A stretch of DNA of 64,000 nucleotides. It comes from a virus (lineage: Duplodnaviria; Caudoviricetes). Both the position numbers and the translations under genes were made by a program. The DNA lies in IMG/VR virus record IMGVR_UViG_3300005330_000015, positions 32,001-96,000 of that record. One strand, written 5' to 3'. The notes beneath the pieces were generated by a model, which saw only the letters and a list, made by a program, of their open reading frames with translations, ran no database searches and was not told where the DNA came from. Positions 9,450 to 18,602 of this stretch are shown piece by piece (positions within the stretch are counted from its first letter, which is position 1; each line of letters opens with the position of its first letter).

Positions 9450-9808
9450 CGCGTCATCCTTGCCCAGATCTCATGTAGCTGGCACTCGTTGAGGACAATA
9501 CCGCGAGGCCACCAGTTATCGCCCTCACTATGGTGAAACTCCTCGTCGCTCGGGTGAGGATCCGGCGCGATGCTGAACGCTGGCAACCCAGATCCGCCAT
9601 CGAGCATGACAAACACGCTGTGAATCAACCCCTCCATGCGCCACCGTATCTCCCCAACCCGCCTGATCTCGGACGCGAACTCCGGCATCGTCAGGTCGGT
9701 GGTGCACCAGTAGTTGACCAACGATCGTACGTAGCCTAGCACGCACGAACGCATCTCCTCGACAGTCATCGCGCGCGGTTCATCGTTCGCTTCGATCTCG
9801 TCACTCAT
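9446..9808 (-). CDS. conserved phage hypothetical protein
   Basis: SVFVMLDGGSGLPAF...PDPHPSD motif; chained. Confidence 0.6.
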   Translation of the reverse strand: MSDEIEANDEPRAMTVEEMRSCVLGYVRSLVNYWCTTDLTMPEFASEIRRVGEIRWRMEGLIHSVFVMLDGGSGLPAFSIAPDPHPSDEEFHHSEGDNWWPRGIVLNECQLHEIWARMTR

Positions 9809-10275
9809 TCAGCAAGCATCGCATGCAGAAATGACGACGTCAACGCCTGGATTCCAGGCTCCTTGCTTTCGCGCGGCCCGGCGACGTTCACCGTGACGAC
9901 CTCATAGCTCTCCAGCCAGTCCAGCAGGCTCCGCCGTGCCTGATTAGTTGCCACGCCCAGGTGCTCGACGCGATACGGCTTACGAAGGCGTTGGCACAAC
10001 TCATAGGTGAGCTTGGTCCCGCCAGACAGCCGCTTGTTCCATACCATGATCAGCGTCGCATCGGAGGTGCAGATGTTCGCCTCGGTGCGTGCAGGCCATC
10101 CAGCAATCGTGCACTCGACCATGCCGGCGCGGAACCACTCCGGGATGACACCGTCCTCCGCGCGCCAACCCTTTGGTGCCGTGCCACCACGTTCCAGCTT
10201 CAACGCATGGGCCGCGAGTAGTCCGCCACGATCCACGCCCGTCTGACCGCCCGAGATGATGCGGCGAAGGATCAC
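9805..10275 (-). CDS. SLOG-superfamily putative molybdenum-carrier protein
   Basis: IISGGQTGVDRGGL, RTEANICTSDATL, GGTKLT, NVAGPRESK motifs. Confidence 0.88.
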   Translation of the reverse strand: MILRRIISGGQTGVDRGGLLAAHALKLERGGTAPKGWRAEDGVIPEWFRAGMVECTIAGWPARTEANICTSDATLIMVWNKRLSGGTKLTYELCQRLRKPYRVEHLGVATNQARRSLLDWLESYEVVTVNVAGPRESKEPGIQALTSSFLHAMLAE

Positions 10276-10982
10276 GGCTCACCTGCCATCCTTATACACG
10301 TCGCGCCAGCAACCTCCGACCAATCCCACATCATCCAGCATCGCTTGCCTCCGCATGCCGCCCACCACGTGTCACCTTGCGAGGTCCGGCCCACCGCTGC
10401 GAGCTGTCGCGTCCCATCACGCATCTCGAGCTCGTACAGGCCCGGCCGAATATCGACGAGCGGAGGCCCGGTCATCGCTACGCTGAACGCGGAATCTCCG
10501 GATGGCTCAACAACACTGTCGGCCCCACGATTTGGGTCGCCAGGCCGAACGACCTCGCGCAGGGCATCGCCAAGTAGCGCCACTTGCTTTGCCGCGATGT
10601 CCGCGCCGTCACCCATGTCGCGCACCATGTCCGCGATGAGGTGAGCTGTCTGCACCGTGCGCCTATGGACCGTTCCGAGCACGAAGGTTTTCCACGCGCT
10701 CCAGGGCATCTGCAGGCCTCTGTGCGCGATGATGCATCGTTCATCGACCGCATCAGCCCGACCATTGCACGCCGGCACACCAGCCGCCTTGCAAGCATCA
10801 AAGACTGCGTCATCGAGGGCCACTGCAAGCGTCTGCGCATGGTCGTGGTGGCGCTCAAGCTCTACCTCATCGACGACACGAACACTCGCAATATCCGCTC
10901 GAACCGCCGCCTGTGCCGAACGTGCACGCAGAAGGACACCCGCCGCTACGACGAGCACAATCACAGATATCGCCAACATCAC
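10272..10982 (-). CDS. hypothetical protein with N-terminal TM helix
   Basis: hydrophobic N-terminus; chained. Confidence 0.55.
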   Translation of the reverse strand: MMLAISVIVLVVAAGVLLRARSAQAAVRADIASVRVVDEVELERHHDHAQTLAVALDDAVFDACKAAGVPACNGRADAVDERCIIAHRGLQMPWSAWKTFVLGTVHRRTVQTAHLIADMVRDMGDGADIAAKQVALLGDALREVVRPGDPNRGADSVVEPSGDSAFSVAMTGPPLVDIRPGLYELEMRDGTRQLAAVGRTSQGDTWWAACGGKRCWMMWDWSEVAGATCIRMAGEP

Positions 10983-11167
10983 TCGCCACCTACTGTGCGA
11001 TCCATCGCAGCTCGCACTTTCTCGTGCATTGCCGCGCTTTCGGCCTTGCTAGCCTCGAACGACGAGCGTCGTCTGACATCACTCACAATCCGGTTCTGCT
11101 CGCGAATCGCATCGACAAGGACCCAGGCCAGCGCGCCGATCGCCCATAGAACGATCGCCGCGCTCAT
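10979..11167 (-). CDS. small membrane protein
   Basis: MSAAIVLWAIGALAWVLV; ATGA overlap. Confidence 0.5.
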   Translation of the reverse strand: MSAAIVLWAIGALAWVLVDAIREQNRIVSDVRRRSSFEASKAESAAMHEKVRAAMDRTVGGE

Positions 11168-11406
11168 CGCTGCCCTGCCATTCGCCGTTCGATCGCGACG
11201 CGCAGGCGCCGGCACTCGCCATTTTCGATCACTCCACGCGCACGCGCATCATCGAGGATGTCAATCAAACGAATAGCGACGGCGACCGGAAACGGCTCGC
11301 ACGTCTGGGCTCGCGGTCTCGGCGCACCGCAGTGATAGACCACAGCACGACCCGGCTCGACCGTGCGAGCATCATGCTCAACAACATCGTTGTATTTACG
11401 GTTCAC
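11164..11406 (-). CDS. hypothetical protein
   Basis: chained overlaps. Confidence 0.5.
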   Translation of the reverse strand: MNRKYNDVVEHDARTVEPGRAVVYHCGAPRPRAQTCEPFPVAVAIRLIDILDDARARGVIENGECRRLRVAIERRMAGQR

Positions 11407-12029
11407 TCATCCTCATCTCTCCGGCCTCGCTTGGCCGGCTTGAGTCGTTGTACCACGTCACCGATGTGCCGCGCCGCCCTTTCGCCCTGATTCGCCGTCG
11501 CCGCCTTCACTCGCGCCCGCTCCTCGCGATCCCAATCCTTCGACAGGGGATCGTCGAGCAACCGAACGCCGGCCTTGAAGGCTCGCAAGCACTCGTCGGT
11601 CCATTGGAAGTCCTGCTTGTTAAGCTCGCTATGCGGTTGCTGGCCGCGCTTCATTTGGCCGCGGTAGCGGACGCGACCGTCCGGATCAATCCAGGTCGCT
11701 GCCGCAATGCGGGCAGCCTTCTCGGTATCCGTGATTTCAGGAGGGAGATTGAGCTTGGCCAGTTCGGCCCGCTCAATAGCGCACTTCCGGCACGGCTTAT
11801 AGCGCTCACGTGGCGCACCACAGCGCTTGCAACGGGCGCCGCCCTCGCGCCGACCAAATCGCTTACGCCGTCGCGCTATTGAGGCCCGCTGGCGCGCTTT
11901 ACACGCTGCGTCATGGCGCTCACATCGAGCCGACCCCTCAAGCAATGGGGCATCGCACCCCGACTCCAAGCACTTCTGCGCAAGCTTACGGTTCAGGTAC
12001 TCGTTTGCGTCCACCTTGATGGCCAGCAT
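11403..12029 (-). CDS. Cys-rich Zn-binding hypothetical protein
   Basis: CLESGC..CERH, CKRCG..CRKC. Confidence 0.6.
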   Translation of the reverse strand: MLAIKVDANEYLNRKLAQKCLESGCDAPLLEGSARCERHDAACKARQRASIARRRKRFGRREGGARCKRCGAPRERYKPCRKCAIERAELAKLNLPPEITDTEKAARIAAATWIDPDGRVRYRGQMKRGQQPHSELNKQDFQWTDECLRAFKAGVRLLDDPLSKDWDREERARVKAATANQGERAARHIGDVVQRLKPAKRGRRDEDE

Positions 12030-12052
12030 CGCCCGAAACAGCCATGATATCC

Positions 12053-12109
12053 AGTGTCGACGTCGGTGTCGACGTTATCGACGACAACTTGGGCACATCA
12101 TGAGCACAT
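12053..12109 (-). repeat. 57-bp intergenic repeat copy 2 (putative promoter/operator)
   Basis: 53/57 identical to 7465-7521; TCGACA-N17-TATCAT on - strand. Confidence 0.85.
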
Positions 12110-13068
12110 TACCTGCCCGGTGGTCTCTCCCGTGCTCGCTTCGCCTTGGCCCACTTCGGCACCGGTGGAGGGTCACGTTGGGGCGGGCTCCGTGCGCCGT
12201 TTGACGCCACATACATCGCGTTACTCGGCTCAACGGCAACAACCCTGACGGTCTCTTCTCGTCCTTGAACATACGAGCGTAGCAAGTCGCCTTCGCAATA
12301 CGGCGTCGAATGTGACCATATACCACGACCACCAACGACGTCACCATCGCGATCGAGTTGCACGTCACCCCAATCGCGATCCCGCTCACCCCACGCACGC
12401 CACGCAAGCAAACGCACGAGTGGATCGCTATCGATGCCACCGCGTTGTTTCAAGGCGTAGCGCTCTCCGTACATCCGGCGTCCGCATGTGCCCAACGCAA
12501 GCCTGATGTTGCGGTTGGCTGGCACGCTGTCGAACTCACCGACATCGAAGATTTTGCTCGCTGGACGGCTCATCCATAGCTCGCACCTGACAAGCATGTC
12601 GGTGTCGCCCTGCGTCAACGACCGCCCATCTGCGTTCTCGTCTCCGAACCAGGTGCCCGGCCGCGCTACCTCGCGCACAGCCGCTCGTTCCTCGTCCGTC
12701 CGTGCTAGCACCAGGACCTCATCCACCAGCATCGCCTCCAGCCGAGCGCGGACCTCGGGTTGCTCCGAGCCCCACTGCTCGCGGTGGTCTTCGAGCACAA
12801 TACGGGTCGCGAGAATGTCGCTCAGATCGACATCGACGGCGAGCAGTGGCCTCGACAGATTCGCGTCATCAACGATGATTATCTCTGCACGATTACTAGA
12901 GAGCTGAGCCGATGGGTGCTGGTAAAATTCTAGACGTTGTCCATGCCATACCCATGGCGGCGCCCACGACACACGACTGTCGAGTACGTCCCGAACCCAC
13001 GTGCGACATCCTTCGCAGTCGAGGTGTTCCAGCGCTTCGTCATCGGGGTGCGCGCACGTTTTGCTCAC
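12109..13068 (-). CDS. hypothetical protein
   Basis: 319-aa ORF preceded by TTGTAC-N17-TATGTT-N5-GTG. Confidence 0.65.
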   Translation of the reverse strand: MSKTCAHPDDEALEHLDCEGCRTWVRDVLDSRVSWAPPWVWHGQRLEFYQHPSAQLSSNRAEIIIVDDANLSRPLLAVDVDLSDILATRIVLEDHREQWGSEQPEVRARLEAMLVDEVLVLARTDEERAAVREVARPGTWFGDENADGRSLTQGDTDMLVRCELWMSRPASKIFDVGEFDSVPANRNIRLALGTCGRRMYGERYALKQRGGIDSDPLVRLLAWRAWGERDRDWGDVQLDRDGDVVGGRGIWSHSTPYCEGDLLRSYVQGREETVRVVAVEPSNAMYVASNGARSPPQRDPPPVPKWAKAKRARERPPGR

Positions 13069-13073
13069 ACCCT

Positions 13074-13102
13074 AACATAGCGCGTTGACGCAGTCAGTAC
13101 AA
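13074..13102 (-). promoter_or_regulatory. sigma70-type leaderless promoter with TGAC-N3-GTCA operator
   Basis: TTGTAC-tgactgcgtcaacgcgc-TATGTT 5 nt before GTG 13068. Confidence 0.5.
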
Positions 13103-13104
13103 GC

Positions 13105-13526
13105 CTAGGCCGTCGGAGGGGACGCGGCCGGCGTATTTGCCGCGATCGCAGATGCAAGCGCGGTCGCGCTAGTCGCAAGCGCAGTACGGATTCCATCGAC
13201 CCGCACGCGAACAAGGCGCCGCCCCAACGGTCCATCTCGGTGCGGCCGTGATCGGCCGTGTCACGATCCTTTGGACTCGACCGCGTGAGATGCCCGGGTT
13301 CCCCGGGTCGACCGTTAGGGACAGCAGAAAGTTCCCCTCTTACCGCCCGGTCGTCGCTGCAGCGGGCCGGGTTGACGGTCTCTACGGGCTCCGTTCGCGT
13401 TGCCGGTTTACAGCCGGTCTTCGAACGATGCCGAGGGGCGTAGACGTTGCCCTTACGGGCCAAGATGTGCCGGTCGGCTTATGCCGGATTTTCGGGTGTG
13501 GACTTCTTATCCACAGACGACCGTTC
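13105..13526 (-). ncRNA. candidate large structured non-coding RNA
   Basis: ~420-nt gap in a tightly packed operon with many nested inverted repeats; GNRA-type GTAA loops on the - strand. Confidence 0.5.
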
Positions 13527-13722
13527 ATAGGTAGCCTTGTACCGCAGCGCAGATGTCAAGCGCAAGCTCCATGCGATACCCACGTAGAGCCACGAGAACG
13601 AATGCGTCTGCCAAGTTAAGCGACCCCATCGGTGCGCACGCCTTCCGCAGCGCGACGTCGAATATGATCTCGCTAAGGCGGTTAAGCCCAGCGAGGTGGT
13701 GATGCGCTTCACCAATGGTCAC
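13525..13722 (-). CDS. hypothetical protein
   Basis: GGAGG RBS, GTGA overlap. Confidence 0.5.
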   Translation of the reverse strand: MTIGEAHHHLAGLNRLSEIIFDVALRKACAPMGSLNLADAFVLVALRGYRMELALDICAAVQGYL

Positions 13723-14006
13723 CGGCGCAGCCTCCCCATCACCGTAGGCGGCACCGCCTTGCGAGCGAGCGCATGAGCCTCCCATGCCGCGCCGTCTATC
13801 CAGTGTGAGAATGGTCGCAATCCTGGATCGGCGTCGCCATTGATTCCGGCATCGAACGATGACAGACAGGCGCCATGCTCGAGCTGATGCCGGACGAGCG
13901 CGCATTGCTGCGCAGTGAGCCGCGGCCTACGCCGCGGGATCCCGACACCTGCATCGGTTACCTCGATGAGATCTTCATAGATGGCGTAGAGCTGCGGGTT
14001 GTTCAT
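13719..14006 (-). CDS. hypothetical protein
   Basis: ATGA overlap. Confidence 0.5.
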   Translation of the reverse strand: MNNPQLYAIYEDLIEVTDAGVGIPRRRPRLTAQQCALVRHQLEHGACLSSFDAGINGDADPGLRPFSHWIDGAAWEAHALARKAVPPTVMGRLRR

Positions 14007-14272
14007 CGTGTCATCGCCATGGCAAGAGTTGCACGCGCCAACATGCGAACGGCCCGATCGTATCGGTGGTGGCCAAGCGGAAACGACTCCGGCGTCTGCG
14101 TCCATCCAGCAGTGATGCGCCACGCGAGCCACTCTGCCTGCGCGTCGATCTCATCGTCTGGCAGACCCTCCAGCGAACCAGTGAGGGAGCCGTGGAGCGT
14201 TTCGCAGACACCGAGCACGCTACGCGCAAAGCGATCGTCCGACGTGAACGTTATAGGCGCTCCATCGCTCAT
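14003..14272 (-). CDS. hypothetical protein
   Basis: chained overlaps. Confidence 0.55.
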   Translation of the reverse strand: MSDGAPITFTSDDRFARSVLGVCETLHGSLTGSLEGLPDDEIDAQAEWLAWRITAGWTQTPESFPLGHHRYDRAVRMLARATLAMAMTR

Positions 14273-15315
14273 TTGAGCTTAGACTCTTCAGCAGAGATGA
14301 GACGCTTCTCTTCTTCGGAAGGCTCACCTCCGGTCTCGGGCTTGGCGCCCTTCAGGTCAGCCTTGAGCCCAGCAACGCCCTTGCCGTTACCCACTCCAGT
14401 GCGCTGCGTCGGCTTATCGGTCGGCTTGCCAGCCTCGCGCTCCGCCATGGCTTCCTTGAGCGCATCGGCCCATGACGTCTCTCCATCACGAATCGCTGCA
14501 TAGAGCCCGCGCAGATCATCGAGCTCGGCGGGGCTGAGCGTGTCTGTGCTGTGCCCGAGCCACTCGGCAAGCGCCGCAGGCTTCACACCAATATTGGCGA
14601 ACGCATCAAACAGCTTGTTGCGCGCTGCTGCCGGGTCAGCCGCATCAGCGTTTCTGCTTACCTCCTTACAGAGCTTCTTAGCCTCGTCCTGCAGGTGCCC
14701 TGGGATGATGCGCAAGATGCCGGTTCGGCTCGCCTTGCTAATCTCAGCGTTCTGCTTCGTGCGCACGTCATCATCGGAGGCTTCAACGATGAACACACGA
14801 TCTCCATACGAGTTAGTCCGCTCACCGAGCGGCGTCTGGCCACGCTTGAGCTGCTTGCGCTCGACCGTCTTATTCACGGTGATGTCCGTCTTCCACGTGC
14901 TATTTCGCTCGAAATCGATGACGCGAACGCGGATGCATCGCACCCTGTCATCGTCGTATACGGTCTCGCTAGACGCCTCCATATTACCCATGCACCGCAT
15001 GGCGACTTCAGCAAACCGGATCGAAAGCCCTTCAATCTTCTTGTCTCCGCGCGGCAAGCTATAGATCGCCACCGCAGCGAAACCAGGCCGCTTGCACTCG
15101 GCAATGAGGTCTTGTCGAACCTGATCAAGATTGCGCGGGAAGCGCTTTGCCATGATGCACGCAGCTTGCACCTCAGCCTGGCTCTTGGCCACCATGGCCT
15201 CAACCACGCCATTTTGCGTCGCGATACTCGTGCCACCGAAATCCTGCCGCACGACTTGGTTGTCAGCGCGCGGCACAGTGAGCGCGCCCACCGGTTCTTG
15301 ATCATAACCTTCCAT
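14269..15315 (-). CDS. putative single-strand annealing protein (partner of YqaJ exonuclease)
   Basis: AKRFPRN...YSLPRGDKKIEGLSIRFAE...GN family, directly downstream of exonuclease; function inferred from synteny. Confidence 0.6.
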   Translation of the reverse strand: MEGYDQEPVGALTVPRADNQVVRQDFGGTSIATQNGVVEAMVAKSQAEVQAACIMAKRFPRNLDQVRQDLIAECKRPGFAAVAIYSLPRGDKKIEGLSIRFAEVAMRCMGNMEASSETVYDDDRVRCIRVRVIDFERNSTWKTDITVNKTVERKQLKRGQTPLGERTNSYGDRVFIVEASDDDVRTKQNAEISKASRTGILRIIPGHLQDEAKKLCKEVSRNADAADPAAARNKLFDAFANIGVKPAALAEWLGHSTDTLSPAELDDLRGLYAAIRDGETSWADALKEAMAEREAGKPTDKPTQRTGVGNGKGVAGLKADLKGAKPETGGEPSEEEKRLISAEESKLK

Positions 15316-16420
15316 CTGCTTTGCCTTCCTGTTTCTTGGTAGCGTTCCATGCGTACGGCCACCGCATCGGGCGATCACCGTCAATTTGCGACGAATACGC
15401 CGCATCGGTACGTGCAGCGATTTCCTCGAGCGTGATGTTCATCCCTTCGATAAGCAGGAGCATTTCGGCGCGCTCAAGGCCGCCGGCAAGCGCTTTCCGA
15501 ACCTCGTCACCACGCGCGGACAGCATCAGCCTAGCATCGGTCCGCGCATCATTGGCGATCCCAACGTAGTCGACCACCGTGCTAGGTTTGTTTCGCTTCC
15601 AGGTTAGCTTGAGCTGCTTGCCGTCGTCGCCACGCCATGTGAGTCCAGCGTTGTCGCCGATGCGAAGCTTGAGCGCTTGCCCGAGCTTCGCCAACTCGGT
15701 TTCGAGAGTCGCCGCATCGGAGCGCATAGACCGTCCGCGCTGGATCATAGCGAGCAGTTCGCGATCGTCGTCGATGTCGATGAGCACGTCGCCATTGGTC
15801 TTGTGTCGTGACGTGAGCCACGTATCGAAGCTATCTGAGCCATCAGGCTCCGGGATCGCGCCGCCACGCACATTGTCCACGAGAAAGCGATGACATCGCT
15901 CTTTGAGCATGCCGATAGCTTCCTCGTCTCGCTCGATAACGTAGTCGCGCGGCTGGTTATCGATGAAAGCGACCACATCCCACCAGCGCAGCCCGGTCAC
16001 AGCAAGGCACCACATAGCCTGTGTCAGAACATACACCGGAATATCGTCCGTGCCTGGCTCGCCGTACTTGTGAGCTAGACGAACGGTGTGACACTTTATC
16101 TCGAGCCCTCGCTCCGGGCTCGACATTCGCCACCCTACTCCATCGGGTGAGCACAGCATCCACTCGTCAACCGGATGAGAAAGTGTGCCAGGGATCTCCA
16201 CTCGTAGCCCGGTTCGCTCCTCGTAGTCGGCGCGGATCACGGGCTCCAGAAGCGTTCCCCACTTGGTGCGCGAGTTGCCGCTGAACGAAGGGGCATCGCC
16301 GCGTTTCTCGCGCCACACGTCGATGATCGAGCGATCGGGATGCTTACCGACGATCGCGGCGACCTCGGATGCCGACACACCGATTCGGCGCTGCATAAGC
16401 TGGTCAGGCGTGAGGCTCAC
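15302..16420 (-). CDS. YqaJ-like viral recombinase exonuclease
   Basis: RRIGVSASEVAAI, WGTLLEP, SPDG, LEIKC, Q-WCL motifs; GTGA start at 16420. Confidence 0.92.
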   Translation of the reverse strand: MSLTPDQLMQRRIGVSASEVAAIVGKHPDRSIIDVWREKRGDAPSFSGNSRTKWGTLLEPVIRADYEERTGLRVEIPGTLSHPVDEWMLCSPDGVGWRMSSPERGLEIKCHTVRLAHKYGEPGTDDIPVYVLTQAMWCLAVTGLRWWDVVAFIDNQPRDYVIERDEEAIGMLKERCHRFLVDNVRGGAIPEPDGSDSFDTWLTSRHKTNGDVLIDIDDDRELLAMIQRGRSMRSDAATLETELAKLGQALKLRIGDNAGLTWRGDDGKQLKLTWKRNKPSTVVDYVGIANDARTDARLMLSARGDEVRKALAGGLERAEMLLLIEGMNITLEEIAARTDAAYSSQIDGDRPMRWPYAWNATKKQEGKADGRL

Positions 16421-16611
16421 GTCGTCGGCTCCAGCTTCCGCATCGGGCACGTCGGATACTGCGCATCGCTTCGTATCCAGCAGATCGCGCGAGCCCACTC
16501 TGGATTGAACATCCTAGAGGCACCGCAATTGGACTCAAACGTAGCAAGCTCAAGAAACCAGCGCTCGAGATCGTAGCCAGTGCACTTCGGACGTCCGCAT
16601 GTGCAGATCAT
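16417..16611 (-). CDS. hypothetical Cys-rich protein
   Basis: chained overlaps. Confidence 0.5.
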   Translation of the reverse strand: MICTCGRPKCTGYDLERWFLELATFESNCGASRMFNPEWARAICWIRSDAQYPTCPMRKLEPTT

Positions 16612-16988
16612 ATCGTACGCCTCTGGTAGCACGCTCGGCACTCACCGAGCCTACGAAAGCACTCGCATGTCGCCCTAGCTACACGTTCCTCGGAGAGATC
16701 GCGCTCTGCTGCCATGCACGCATCAACCTGCTTGTACATCTCCACGACCAGCGCGAGATATCGCGCACCAAGGTCACGCAAAGCCTCATCCGTGACCGGC
16801 TTTCCCTTCGCGACGCGACCGGCGACATGCACCGCGATCAGATCTTCTGGATCGCTGACCCGTCCGCTGTGCGCCGAGATTCGATACAGCGCGACGAGCG
16901 CCTCGCCCTCGACATCGCCGACCAATGCAGCATCCACGATAGCCCGCGCCTCGGCGTGGCGCCTCTTCTGTGCTTCGGTCGCCTTCAT
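16608..16988 (-). CDS. hypothetical protein
   Basis: GAGG RBS, ATGA overlaps. Confidence 0.55.
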   Translation of the reverse strand: MKATEAQKRRHAEARAIVDAALVGDVEGEALVALYRISAHSGRVSDPEDLIAVHVAGRVAKGKPVTDEALRDLGARYLALVVEMYKQVDACMAAERDLSEERVARATCECFRRLGECRACYQRRTI

Positions 16989-17221
16989 CGCTTCACCTCG
17001 CATAGCTGGATGTACGCGACCACGTCTTCCTTGCTGATGCATTCCACGTAGCGCAGCCAGAGTGGAGCTCCATGCGAACGCTCCTCCCAGGTGTCATCGT
17101 CATCGTAGCGCGTCTTGAAATCCGCGATCTCCGCATCGGCGGCCTCGCGTGAGGCGCAGACAACGACGTGAATCCCGAACCTCCGGTCGCGCTCGATCAC
17201 GGCGTAGACCAGATCCATCAC
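16985..17221 (-). CDS. hypothetical protein
   Basis: AGGAG RBS, overlaps. Confidence 0.6.
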   Translation of the reverse strand: MMDLVYAVIERDRRFGIHVVVCASREAADAEIADFKTRYDDDDTWEERSHGAPLWLRYVECISKEDVVAYIQLCEVKR

Positions 17222-17382
17222 GCGTCTCCTTCCTTAGCGCCGTCGATGACACGCGTCATGAGGTTAAGCAGATGCGCGTACGCCGCTTGCGGAGAGCCCA
17301 CGCGCGACTCCAGGTGCAATGCCGCCATTAGCGCAGCCGCGCGATCGTCTGCGAGACACGCCTTGCAGCGTGGCTCTCTCAT
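17218..17382 (-). CDS. hypothetical small protein
   Basis: overlaps at both ends. Confidence 0.45.
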   Translation of the reverse strand: MREPRCKACLADDRAAALMAALHLESRVGSPQAAYAHLLNLMTRVIDGAKEGDA

Positions 17383-17921
17383 TGCGCGGCCCCGTTCGCG
17401 ATCAGCGACAGCCGGTGGAACTCGGCGATATCGTACGACAGCCACGCCGGACGAAACGCGTCGGGCATGCGCTCGTCCCGCAGCGGGTTGGCAACGTACA
17501 GCCACACGCGGGCTACGAACCCGCACTCGACGATGTGCTTTGAGCACTGGGCGCATGCGGGACCGTCGCACGCGACCACGCCGCCATCGGGTGCGAGCTC
17601 GACGTGCAGCAGATCGTACGGCCCGGGCGGGTGATGCCGGGCGATGTATCCGCGCGCTTCGTCGATCGCACGCATCTCGGCGTGGATACTGCGTAGACCG
17701 CACGTGCCCTGAATGATGTGCGTTTCCTGCTGTACCGCGCGTCGTCGACATAGTTCAGGTCCTGGGCACGAGAACCCGGTCGGCGGCCCGTTGAACCCGC
17801 CACCTCGGTGCGCTCCGTTCGCCGGATCCCACAGCACAACGCCGCGCTTCGATCTGCACGGTGACCGCCGAGCCAGTTCGAGCGCCGTGTCGATCAAGTA
17901 CTGGTCTGGAGCAGTTATCAC
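17379..17921 (-). CDS. deoxycytidylate (dCMP) deaminase family protein
   Basis: ARRSPC..KRG, GFNGPP, HAEMRAI, PACAQC Zn-deaminase motifs. Confidence 0.85.
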   Translation of the reverse strand: MITAPDQYLIDTALELARRSPCRSKRGVVLWDPANGAHRGGGFNGPPTGFSCPGPELCRRRAVQQETHIIQGTCGLRSIHAEMRAIDEARGYIARHHPPGPYDLLHVELAPDGGVVACDGPACAQCSKHIVECGFVARVWLYVANPLRDERMPDAFRPAWLSYDIAEFHRLSLIANGAAQ

Positions 17922-18229
17922 GAGACCTCCCCGAGCCGCGCGAACCACTCGCGAGACGATGCGAACGTCATCCGTTCGCCGCCGTCATGCATGTTCAGCA
18001 GCTTGGCGTAGTGCGACTGAAGCTTCAGGCTCTCATCCAACGAGGAGACGTCGCAAAGACCGGCTAGAACAACGTCGAGATCATCCAACGCCTTCTTCGC
18101 GTGCTCGTCGTGCCTGCGAAGCGTCGCTCGGCCAGCGTCCTTATCGTACGCAAGCTCACCCTGTACGCGCGCATCAGCGTACCGCCGAACCAGCGCCGAG
18201 ATCTTGTTCTTGGTGGCATCGCTGATCAC
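17918..18229 (-). CDS. hypothetical protein
   Basis: LQSHYAKLLNMHDGGERMTF motif; chained. Confidence 0.6.
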   Translation of the reverse strand: MISDATKNKISALVRRYADARVQGELAYDKDAGRATLRRHDEHAKKALDDLDVVLAGLCDVSSLDESLKLQSHYAKLLNMHDGGERMTFASSREWFARLGEVS

Positions 18230-18453
18230 GATGGAGGCTCCGCTTCAAGCGTTGACGGGTCCTCATACTTAGTGAGCGCGATAGCCAGCGACTCGACGGC
18301 GACGCGCAAAACCTGCTGCGAGTGCCGCGTATCTTCGGCGAGCATGACCAGCATTCCCACACCGATCGCCACTGCATCGGCGATGTCTTCGCTCATTGCC
18401 AGCGCAAGCTCTTTGAGCTTGGCGGCGCGGCGCTCGTCATCCGCCGCGCTCAC
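18226..18453 (-). CDS. hypothetical protein
   Basis: GTGA overlaps. Confidence 0.5.
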   Translation of the reverse strand: MSAADDERRAAKLKELALAMSEDIADAVAIGVGMLVMLAEDTRHSQQVLRVAVESLAIALTKYEDPSTLEAEPPS

Positions 18454-18514
18454 AAACGCTTCTCCGGTACATCCGGCCTTGTACCGGAGGAATCGTTGGT
18501 CTCATCTTGCATAG

Positions 18515-18602
18515 GCTCCCCTTATCTCCCAGATCGTGCGCCGACGTCAACAGATATGTGCGCCGTTGACACGCTTAGCGTTGTCATGCCAAGATAACAT
18601 CG
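18515..18602. promoter_or_regulatory. divergent promoter/operator region between left and right arms
   Basis: strand switch; TTGACA at 18566 (+), TTGACG at 18550 (-); imperfect palindrome TGACACGCTTAGCGTTGTCA. Confidence 0.6.

Noticed and set aside
13065-13463. 132-aa ORF over the structured region
   Set aside because: TTG start, no RBS, Arg/Pro-rich composition typical of shadow ORFs, and it runs over the next promoter
13507-13515. Perfect DnaA box TTATCCACA
   Set aside because: Single copy, part of a hairpin stem, no AT-rich unwinding element; insufficient to call an origin
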